From NCBI GenBank assembly GCA_037481775.1, contig JBBFKZ010000024.1, positions 1-21,352 of the forward strand: a DNA stretch of 21,352 nucleotides. The letters are read 5' to 3'. Below the pieces are notes generated by a model. It saw only the letters and a list, made by a program, of their open reading frames with translations. It was not told the DNA's origin and searched no databases. Position numbers and translations under genes: made by a program. Origin of the DNA: Candidatus Bathyarchaeia archaeon. GTDB lineage: Archaea > Thermoproteota > Bathyarchaeia > Bathyarchaeales > Bathycorpusculaceae. Shown one piece after another: positions 8,918-16,177 of the stretch. The stretch's first letter is position 1. Each line of letters begins with the position of its first letter.

Positions 8918-9030
8918 TCTACCACGCTGCCAAGTTCATGGAAGTGATAGCAAACACGTTCGATAAATAACTAATGCAGCAATTACCTAATTAAACAATG
9001 CATTCAGCTTTAACGAGAACAGGCAGAAAC

Positions 9031-9486
9031 TTAGGTTTTATACTTCTCGAGATATCGCTCAACAGTGGGAAAAAGTTCGCTTACGCGTTCAAAGCGTTTC
9101 TTAGCGTTAATTTTTTCTGCAAGCTTCACAACTTCCACTGGTTTACTAAAGCTTTCAGTTGCGCCGTCGTCACGTTTTCTCTCAACCTTTATGCAGTCGT
9201 CAACCATGCAGCTTAGCACGCAAGCGCCGCAGTAAACGCACAGATCATCCACAATGCCGACTTCGCCAGCCTTCCAGTACAACGCGTTAGTTGGGCACGC
9301 CTTGATGCATAGTTTGCATTCCACTCCCCAGCAGGTCCGCTTATCTATGCTTATGCTGCCTTCCGGGAAAAACTCTTTGACTCCTGAAGAAGCCAGAAGC
9401 TCGGTTCTCCGCTTCTTTTTGGCTTTTTCTCCGCTTTCGGACAAGAGAAGGAATATGTCAAAATTTGAGGAACTTTCTTCTGGCAT
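9031..9486 (-). CDS. 4Fe-4S dicluster (ferredoxin-domain) protein with N- and C-terminal extensions
   Basis: CWGVECKLCIKACP and CVYCGACVLSC. Confidence 0.88.
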   Translation of the reverse strand: MPEESSSNFDIFLLLSESGEKAKKKRRTELLASSGVKEFFPEGSISIDKRTCWGVECKLCIKACPTNALYWKAGEVGIVDDLCVYCGACVLSCMVDDCIKVERKRDDGATESFSKPVEVVKLAEKINAKKRFERVSELFPTVERYLEKYKT

Positions 9487-9640
9487 TTGAAGTCATCGTC
9501 AGGTCATTTAGCTTACACTGTATAGTGCTTTTGCATTATAATTACTTATCTAAGGGTGAAAGCGGAAAAGGAGGGGTGATTGCCATTGAAACGAAGGGCT
9601 TATAACCAAGCAGAGCGCTTTCCCTTTGTTGTGGATAATA

Positions 9641-9826
9641 ATGTGCGAATTTAACGTCATACTTAATGGGAAAACTCTTTTTAAAGATGTAGTTTACGCG
9701 AAAGCTGAAGGAACAACAGTTACTGCAAGAAGCGTGCTGGGCGAAACAAAGGAATTCAAAAACTGCAAAATCGTCGAAGTCGACGTTAACTCGACTAGGC
9801 TAGTTCTTGAAGCGCTGAAGTCTTAG
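9641..9826 (+). CDS. cooT: CooT family nickel-binding protein
   Basis: 61 aa from ATG 9641 with Met-Cys N-terminus, FKDVV, SVLGE, KIVEVD..RLVL. TATA-like CTTATAAC at ~9598. Confidence 0.85.
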   Translation: MCEFNVILNGKTLFKDVVYAKAEGTTVTARSVLGETKEFKNCKIVEVDVNSTRLVLEALKS

Positions 9827-9979
9827 TCAGAGCACAATGAGCACTCTGCAACCTTCTTCATTTAGGCAGTAAATGGCGTAAAGTACAGGTAATTCGGAAA
9901 GTAGCGAATGCGTTAAATGGGTTTGGCGTAATTATTTATCAGTTTAGGCAAACAGTCACATTGAGCTAAGTGAAACTTC

Positions 9980-10198
9980 ATGCAGAAACTCGTCAAATTA
10001 TGCATCGCCATAGGCGGTTTCCTTATAGTGACAGGCTTAATTTTGACAGGCACAGTTTTCCTCATCTTGTCAAACATAATAGATGTAACCGTTTTTACAG
10101 ATCAAATAACCATGGCTTTGTTGACGCTGATGTTCTTGGCAGTCGCCGCGGCAGACATAATTGTAGCAGCAATCCTCCTCTTAAAGAGGCGAAAATAG
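9980..10198 (+). CDS. Small two-TM membrane protein (72 aa), similar to the C-terminal tail of the downstream APC permease
   Basis: Two hydrophobic helices and a basic C-terminus; IAIGG..G..T..L..NII pattern shared with the permease tail. Confidence 0.8.
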   Translation: MQKLVKLCIAIGGFLIVTGLILTGTVFLILSNIIDVTVFTDQITMALLTLMFLAVAAADIIVAAILLLKRRK

Positions 10199-10414
10199 AT
10201 GGCTGTCAGAAAAATTTCAAAGGCAGTTGGTTTGGCACAAGCAGTTATAGGCGGATCAGCAATAGTTTTCGCTTTCCTCTTGTTCTACAACGTACTAGGG
10301 CTACAGGAGATTATAGGTGCTTCTGAAACGCGCATTGGACTTTATCTGTGGGTTCTTATAATTTTTGGCTTATTATCTACAATAAGCGGCTTGCTTCTTT
10401 TTTATGAGCAATAA
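10199..10414 (+). CDS. Small two-TM membrane protein (71 aa)
   Basis: Start abuts the previous stop (TAG-ATG); two hydrophobic helices ending GLLSTISGLLLF. Confidence 0.8.
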   Translation: MAVRKISKAVGLAQAVIGGSAIVFAFLLFYNVLGLQEIIGASETRIGLYLWVLIIFGLLSTISGLLLFYEQ

Positions 10415-10430
10415 ACTTGGGTGAAACCTT

Positions 10431-11903
10431 ATGAATGAACCGCACTTGAAAAGGAACTTGGGGCTTGTACGCACGACAATGCTGGGTGTAGGTGGCTCAC
10501 TCAGCGCAGCTAATTTTGTGATAATCGGTGAAGCCGCGGGAATGGCCGGCTACGCCATCGTCCCGATTGTCATCGTCTGCGGCATCTTAAGCCTTTTAAC
10601 AATGTTCAGTTATGCTGAGCTTGGCACGGCGATTCCGCTTGCTGGCGGCGAGTATACGTTTTCCAAAGTGGCCTACGGCGGATTCACCAGTTTCCTCACA
10701 GGCTGGTTTGAGTGGCTCAGCAACATGTTTTACACGGCGTTATCAGCCATAGGCTTCGCTTACGTTGTTTCTTACCTTTTCCCACAAATCAACATACCCT
10801 TAACCGCAGTGGTAGTGGTAGCATTTTTCGCAGTAATCAACTTGATAGGCACAAAAGAAACCGCAACAGCAGAAACCATCATAACCATCATAGTTCTCGC
10901 CATACTAGCCATATTCGTCATAGGCAGCTGGTCTTTTATTCAAGGCCCCCCCGCGGAGCAGTCAACCTCGCCGATAGGCATACTGGGCATCTTCGCTGCC
11001 ACCGCATACCTATTCGAGCTCTACCTAGGCGCAGAAGCTGTCGCGGCGGCACAAGCGGAAGTGAAAAATCCTGGAAAAAACATTCCACGCGCCATAGTGC
11101 TTTCAGCCTTGATTTTGATTGCACTGTACACAAGCGTTGTGGTTGTTGCTGTAAGCGTAGTTCCGCCAGAAGTTCTCAGTCATCAACAATCACCAATCGC
11201 GTTTGTTGCAGAACAAACCATGGGACCTGCAGGAGCAGTGCTGGTTACAATAGGCTTGGCCATTACAGGCTTAGCGGCAACCAACGAAGCAATTATGGCG
11301 CAGTCACATGTGCTTTACGCCATGAGCAGAGATGGCTACCTACCTAAAGGCCTCTGCAAAGTTCACAAGCGCTTCTGCACACCACACGTTGCGATTATTG
11401 TAGGCGCGGTTTTCACCGCAATTTTCGCCGCGACTGGCCTAGTGAATTTTGTGGTTTACGCAGTTAACCTCGGCTTTATAATAGGCTTCTCCATTGTGAA
11501 TTTGGCGGTGATTAGGCTTAGGAAACGAGCGCCGCACTTGAAAAGACCGTTCAAGACACCGCTTTATCCGCTGACGCCTATTGCGGGAATAGCGGCGTCC
11601 ATTTTTCTGATTTTCTTCATAGAACCTTCCGTTTTGATTTTGGGTTTTGAACTGGTTGTTGTCGCATTACTGATTTACTACATCAGAATGGTGGGATATC
11701 ACCGCATTCGCATAGCCTTCGGAGGAATAAGCTTGGGTTTAGGCGCTTTTGTATGCTTCACAGCGTATTTATTGGGAACAAACATTATTGTGTTGCATGG
11801 TGCTTCGCAAGAGTTGTCAACGCTCGTTTTTTCTGTACTTCTAGCAGTGGGTGCAATCCAAATTCTGGCGGGCATATTGAATCTACTTGCACCTGACCAT
11901 TAA
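10431..11903 (+). CDS. APC family amino acid permease with an extra C-terminal two-helix hairpin
   Basis: LKRNLG, SYAELGTAIPLAGGEY, EVKNPGKNIPRAI, LYAMSRDGYLP, TPHVAI, RPFKTPLYP; GGTGA SD. Confidence 0.93.
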   Translation: MNEPHLKRNLGLVRTTMLGVGGSLSAANFVIIGEAAGMAGYAIVPIVIVCGILSLLTMFSYAELGTAIPLAGGEYTFSKVAYGGFTSFLTGWFEWLSNMFYTALSAIGFAYVVSYLFPQINIPLTAVVVVAFFAVINLIGTKETATAETIITIIVLAILAIFVIGSWSFIQGPPAEQSTSPIGILGIFAATAYLFELYLGAEAVAAAQAEVKNPGKNIPRAIVLSALILIALYTSVVVVAVSVVPPEVLSHQQSPIAFVAEQTMGPAGAVLVTIGLAITGLAATNEAIMAQSHVLYAMSRDGYLPKGLCKVHKRFCTPHVAIIVGAVFTAIFAATGLVNFVVYAVNLGFIIGFSIVNLAVIRLRKRAPHLKRPFKTPLYPLTPIAGIAASIFLIFFIEPSVLILGFELVVVALLIYYIRMVGYHRIRIAFGGISLGLGAFVCFTAYLLGTNIIVLHGASQELSTLVFSVLLAVGAIQILAGILNLLAPDH

Positions 11904-12095
11904 AAAATGTCAATTCTCAGCGAACATAAACTCCTGTGTCAGCAAACCTTAATTAATGGCACCTACTGCTTTTTGGGTCGTATGCGGCGCAAACGTAAGA
12001 AATCTTATATTAACTGTGAACCTCCAACCATTGATGTAGACAACTTGGTTATTGACACTACTCGCAAAGAGCGCTTTCAAATTTTTGAAGCACTG

Positions 12096-12284
12096 GTGGC
12101 GATCCGAAAATACCTTATAGCTTTGCTCCTTTTCTCAGGTGGGTTGGCAACGATCTTTTTTATACAATTTCTAATGGACATCCAAGTATTTTCATCTCCG
12201 ACAAGCCTTGTCGCGCTGGCTGCTACGGGTGCCTTAGGCGTAGTTAACATTATTTGCGGCCTACTTTTGCTTGGTTCAGAATAG
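12096..12284 (+). CDS. Small two-TM membrane protein (62 aa), apparent paralogue of 10199..10414
   Basis: Re-started at GTG 12096 (MAIRKYL...) to match MAVRK of 10199; ends GVVNIICGLLLL. The track's 11907 start adds 63 codons over AT-rich promoter-like DNA. Confidence 0.7.
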   Translation: MAIRKYLIALLLFSGGLATIFFIQFLMDIQVFSSPTSLVALAATGALGVVNIICGLLLLGSE

Positions 12285-12370
12285 CCATCGTACTTTTCCA
12301 ACAAGCAACAAACTAGGGCGAATTTTTCTAAGAAAAGAATCTGAGGGAATGGAGCTATAAAAATTAGATC

Positions 12371-12533
12371 GCTAAGTTGAGTCTAAGCCCGAACGCATAG
12401 CATTGTCCAACCGGCTTTTAGCTAACTGCCCTATTCCTTCCATTTGATATAATCTCGTGGAAAGGACATGGACAGCCAGTTATTGCGCCAGTTATTCTTT
12501 GCTGGTGCGTTCCAGCATGCTCCCCAACTTAGC
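12371..12533 (-). ncRNA. Candidate structured non-coding RNA (~163 nt, imperfect rod)
   Basis: End-to-end nested complementarity with about eight G.U pairs on the minus strand. TATA box TTTATATG upstream (12565-12558) and U5 tract downstream (12363-12359). No convincing ORF. Confidence 0.6.
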
Positions 12534-12557
12534 AAAGATAATTTAAGTATTTTATCA

Positions 12558-12565
12558 CATATAAA
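12558..12565 (-). promoter_or_regulatory. TATA box for the candidate ncRNA
   Basis: TTTATATG lying 25-32 nt upstream of the first paired G (12533). Confidence 0.5.
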
Positions 12566-12819
12566 GTTGTTTGCACAATAGTGCAGTAAACTTAAATTAT
12601 CACCGTATAGTTTTTTGACAAAAAAGCAGAAACTGGTGCATGATGTTTTTAATTAGACGCCAAAAATGATGGAGTATATTTAAACTACAAAGTTGGAAAA
12701 AAGGCTGCAGTACTTATGGCGTTGAGTACTTTTGGGTTTATATATTGTAACGGTTAAACATATTGTCTGAATTCCAAAAGGAACAGCGCACTTTCAGCAA
12801 TGGGGTAAGGAAGTGACTG

Positions 12820-13485
12820 ATGAACAACAAGGAAAGATTTGAACAGGATTTAACTGCCTTATTGTCGCGACTCACAGCGGATGTTGAGAAAGAAGTTGCA
12901 GATAAGCTCACTTCGCTTAAGGATTGGCTGGTTAAACTTCAGATGGAAAATGTTGTTAAGATTAACCACTCTGTGATGGAGCTTGTCTGCGCCAAACATC
13001 TAATTCAGAAAGGCTATGTTGTGCAACTTGAATATCGGCTAAGCGATATCTTAACCTGCGACTTGTACTCTGTAAAGGGCTACGGCAACCTGATTGTAGA
13101 GATAGAAACTGGCTTTATTCCGCCAGAATATGCACTGTGCCCGTTAACTTACACTTCAGCACGTTTGGCCAGCAAGATAATTAGGTACAGCAGTTTCGCC
13201 GGCAAATTTGCGCTGGGCATGCCGCCGCATTACGTTTTGCCGTTTCCACGAGCATTAGCTAAGCCACCCAGAGAGAGAACTCGTGAGGAAATAGACGCCA
13301 TAAAAAGGCTCTGCGACATGTTTTATCAGAATCCTCCAGTTACAGAAGAAGAAATCTGCAATGCGCGTATACAGGAAATTTACATCATCGATGTTGATCG
13401 CGGCGAAGTTTACGAAATTGACCCGCAAGCGTATATGCGGCGTGCGGTAAGCAAGGGACTTATTTTTGATTATTCACAGCTCTAG
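12820..13485 (+). CDS. Hypothetical protein with PD-(D/E)xK-like nuclease signature
   Basis: HSVMEL..KHLIQKGYVVQLE..CDL..IVEIETG resembles the E / D / ExE arrangement of restriction-endonuclease-like folds. Confidence 0.65.
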   Translation: MNNKERFEQDLTALLSRLTADVEKEVADKLTSLKDWLVKLQMENVVKINHSVMELVCAKHLIQKGYVVQLEYRLSDILTCDLYSVKGYGNLIVEIETGFIPPEYALCPLTYTSARLASKIIRYSSFAGKFALGMPPHYVLPFPRALAKPPRERTREEIDAIKRLCDMFYQNPPVTEEEICNARIQEIYIIDVDRGEVYEIDPQAYMRRAVSKGLIFDYSQL

Positions 13486-13495
13486 CGCTCTATAG

Positions 13496-13774
13496 ATGGT
13501 GTTCCGCATGCCTTTTTATGTTTACATTCTTCTGTGTGACGACGGTAGCCTCTACACGGGACACACTAAAAACATAGACGCACGCTGGGCGCTTCATGCA
13601 AAGGGCAAGGGTGCGCGATACACGCGGATGCATAAGCCGGAACGAGTTGCTTACGTTGAACTTTTTGACAGTCGGGCGAAGGCTATGAAACGTGAAAGAG
13701 AGATAAAGAAGATGACGCGACAGCAGAAGCTGGACTTGATTAATTCAAGAAAACCAGATGAATGCCGTGTTTAG
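13496..13774 (+). CDS. GIY-YIG nuclease family protein (UPF0213/YazA-like)
   Basis: FYVYIL.C.DGSLYTG.T..R..H..GKGARYTR..AMKREREIKK. Start 13496 or 13508. Confidence 0.92.
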   Translation: MVFRMPFYVYILLCDDGSLYTGHTKNIDARWALHAKGKGARYTRMHKPERVAYVELFDSRAKAMKREREIKKMTRQQKLDLINSRKPDECRV

Positions 13775-13822
13775 TGGAAAACTTGATTACGCTGGTGTTG
13801 CTAATTAGGTTTACGTGAGATT

Positions 13823-14302
13823 TTGGCAGCAAAAAAGAAAAAGTCATGGGTAGAAAAACTGAACGATAGTAAAGGGCTTCCTAGGGTTGAAAAAATCACT
13901 GAAAAAATGAGTAAACGCTGGGGCATAGGTACGGTAGTTATTCCTGCGCCAATTGAAGTGGATGAGATGATGAGAAAGGTTCCCGCTGGAAAACTTGTAA
14001 CAATTAATGAGATTCGGGTTGCGCTTGCAAGGAAGCATGGCGCCACCATCGGTTGCCCGATGACGACGGGCATATTTGCGTGGGTTGCAGCACATGCGGC
14101 GGAAGAGCGGGCGCAAAGGGGAGAGAAAGATATTACGCCTTACTGGCGTACTTTGAAGGCTGGTGGAATTCTTAATGAAAAATATCCCGGGGGTGTTGAT
14201 GTTCAACGGCAACGTTTAGAACAGGAAGGGCATGTTGTAATCAGGAAGGGTAAAAAGTTCTTGGTTTTGAATTATGATAAATCGTTAGTTCAAATTGTCT
14301 GA
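13823..14302 (+). CDS. MGMT-family / alkyltransferase-like DNA-binding protein
   Basis: MRKVPAGKLVTI, TPYWRTL (PCHR position without the Cys), KYPGG..QRQRLEQEG. Confidence 0.8.
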   Translation: MAAKKKKSWVEKLNDSKGLPRVEKITEKMSKRWGIGTVVIPAPIEVDEMMRKVPAGKLVTINEIRVALARKHGATIGCPMTTGIFAWVAAHAAEERAQRGEKDITPYWRTLKAGGILNEKYPGGVDVQRQRLEQEGHVVIRKGKKFLVLNYDKSLVQIV

Positions 14303-14447
14303 GTAGAAAGTGGTTGACTTGCATTGTGTATTTGTGTTGTGCAAGTAAACAATAATATTTATTAAGACGTAATATTGCAGATTAATTTGGCACAGTAAAT
14401 CCCTGCAATTAAAATCATACGCAGGAGATTTTAAAAGGTGACCCAAA

Positions 14448-14609
14448 ATGGTAGAGTATGTTAGGGGGAGCCAAAGGGACAAATGGCATTGGTGTAAAAA
14501 CTGCACACAATATCCCCTATACATTTATCAGAAAACAACTAAGGAGCCGCCTTCCAACCTCTGCGAACAATGCAAAACAAAAGAGTATAACAGAGTATGC
14601 CAATGTTAG
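14448..14609 (+). CDS. 53-aa Cys-rich putative zinc-binding microprotein (not in ORF track)
   Basis: MVEYVRGSQRDKWHWCKNCTQYPLYIYQKTTKEPPSNLCEQCKTKEYNRVCQC*; AGGTGA SD just upstream; TATA-like TTTATTAA at 14358-14365. Confidence 0.8.
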   Translation: MVEYVRGSQRDKWHWCKNCTQYPLYIYQKTTKEPPSNLCEQCKTKEYNRVCQC

Positions 14610-14652
14610 AAGCCCCATTTGACCCAAAATAGGAATAGAACAGATAAATGTT

Positions 14653-15900
14653 CTAAATCAACGCCATCAGCATTAACGCCAAACTTGTACACAATGGGAT
14701 TAAAATATTATCATTCACTGGCAAGGGCAGACTCTCCACAGCCATGGTAACGATGGCGCCACCCAACGCCAGCGCTGGCGATACAAAAACAGCGCCGGCT
14801 AAAAAGGCAAAAAAGAATCCGAAAAGCGAACCCTCCAGTGACTTACCTTTATTGAACGGCAAAGCCGTTTTAAAGAGCAAACTACCAAAGAGTGAAGCCG
14901 TGCTGTCACCTAAGGCGAACATGGCAATGGCAGCGCTACTTACTTGAAGCGGAAACAACAGCAGGGTTAATAGTATACCCACAGCAAAGTATAATGGGGC
15001 TGCGGCAAACTCATGTAACTCTGCTTGTGTCACAGCGTTCCGCGTTATTATCCCGATAATAGGCAGATTTTTTCTGTTCATTCGCGAAAGCTCAGATATC
15101 AAGTAGAGCATGCTTACCGCGCAAATCAGCAACGCAACGGGAAAAATGCCGATTAAACCTGCGAGAATTGGAACAAAAAAACCGCAAGCATGAATAATCT
15201 CTCGCAGCACATCGTTTTTTGAGGGCAGAATCCGCTGTCTCGGCGCACCATCGATTATAGGCAAAATTCCAGACAAGCTGCCAGTCACAACGCTATTAGC
15301 CTTTAAACGCAGTACAAAATCAGGATGATATCCTATCTTCAAAGTTTCAGAGAGAAACAGGGACAGGTTGTTTCGGTCATCAGCCACCACGACGCAATCT
15401 TTCGGAGAAAGCTCTTCAGCAATGAGTATCTGTGATAACGCTTTGAGTTTTCCATCTGTCTCTATAACGTTACCCCAAATTTCCCCTGTCAATTTACCTT
15501 CATTAACGTCAATTTCAATGCCGAAACCGTAATCTGCGCCAAGCTTGCTGGCTAATTCCTTAACAATAAAACTGGGTAGACCTGAGCTTATTAGCGCAAT
15601 TTTACAGTTGCGCGCCTTAAGCTGAGTAAAAACATGCTCAACATGAGGTTTCAATGAGATTTCATCAAAAATTTGTTTGAGCTTTTCCACTTCTATCCCT
15701 TGTATAACGTGAAATATACGTTTCAAAGTTGATTTTAAAGAGAGGACACCTATCTCGTAGAGGAAACCGATAAAAATCAGTTTCAGCAACCGCGAAGCGC
15801 CTAGGCTTCTGGCGACATCAAATAGAAAGCGATTTTTTGGGATAAGCACGCCTTCAACATCGAAAACTACAAGGCGTCGGTTAGTATTGAGCGACTGCAA
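14653..15900 (-). CDS. Fusion of HAD-superfamily (SerB-like) domain and CTP-dependent polyprenol kinase-like (SEC59/DGK1/VTE5 family) membrane domain
   Basis: N-terminal VVFDVEGVL, ISSG, GKLKAL, VADDRNN. C-terminal REIIH, LGDSTASLFG, KGKSLEGS, NDNILIP. TTG start after AGGAG. Confidence 0.85.
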   Translation of the reverse strand: MQSLNTNRRLVVFDVEGVLIPKNRFLFDVARSLGASRLLKLIFIGFLYEIGVLSLKSTLKRIFHVIQGIEVEKLKQIFDEISLKPHVEHVFTQLKARNCKIALISSGLPSFIVKELASKLGADYGFGIEIDVNEGKLTGEIWGNVIETDGKLKALSQILIAEELSPKDCVVVADDRNNLSLFLSETLKIGYHPDFVLRLKANSVVTGSLSGILPIIDGAPRQRILPSKNDVLREIIHACGFFVPILAGLIGIFPVALLICAVSMLYLISELSRMNRKNLPIIGIITRNAVTQAELHEFAAAPLYFAVGILLTLLLFPLQVSSAAIAMFALGDSTASLFGSLLFKTALPFNKGKSLEGSLFGFFFAFLAGAVFVSPALALGGAIVTMAVESLPLPVNDNILIPLCTSLALMLMALI

Positions 15901-16177
15901 CCGTTTTTGCTCCTAATTTCGCCGTTCACTCTGCGAACTGCATAAATAACGCTTTATGCCCTAAAATGAGTTGCTATAAACGTTGCCTCAAAAATTTCTG
16001 ATAAAAAATATCCCGTCGCCCTCAATCCAGCCTTTGCTCATGCGCGACTTTTATCCAAAAAAAACGCTTTTATTTAGATACTATTGAATAGAGAAAACAA
16101 AGAGGGCGATATCCATCAACTTCTCGCTTGAAAAGCATGAGAATACTGCTTTAGCCGCACTGCTTGTCCTCGCTTTC

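Noticed and set aside
2517-9490. Opposite-strand ORFs over the kinase, pur genes, ppcA and ferredoxin (e.g. 2890..3264, 3099..3593, 4414..4818, 6947..7327, 8175..8501)
   Set aside because: They overlap well-supported genes and have no recognisable motifs.
9827-9979. Short repeats (TTTAGGCA, TAAATGG, TGGCGTAA) and a CAGAG/CTCTG hairpin between cooT and the small membrane genes
   Set aside because: Too short and irregularly spaced to support a CRISPR or operator call.
9970-11347. Alternate-frame ORFs 9970..10326 and 10712..11347
   Set aside because: His/Arg/Ser-rich frameshifted shadows of hydrophobic membrane-protein codons.
11907-12095. N-terminal 63 aa of the track ORF 11907..12284
   Set aside because: Covers AT-rich promoter-like DNA (TCTTATAT at ~12003); similarity to 10199..10414 begins at GTG 12096.
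12400-12494. H/ACA guide interpretation of the inner hairpin (ACA about 15 nt from an internal loop)
   Set aside because: No K-turn or K-loop GA/GA motif, the implied target does not look like rRNA or tRNA, and the ACA sits inside a larger rod. Not fully excluded.
12431-12536. 34-codon minus-strand TTG ORF inside the structured element
   Set aside because: No motif and no SD; the pairing pattern explains the sequence better. A leaderless peptide cannot be excluded.
12361-12544. MITE interpretation of the terminal inverted repeat
   Set aside because: No clear target-site duplication, no transposase in the window, and mismatches are strongly biased to G.U on one strand. Genome-wide copy number is needed to exclude it.
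14285-14524. Minus-strand 79-aa track ORF
   Set aside because: Overlaps the better-supported plus-strand microprotein and its promoter region.
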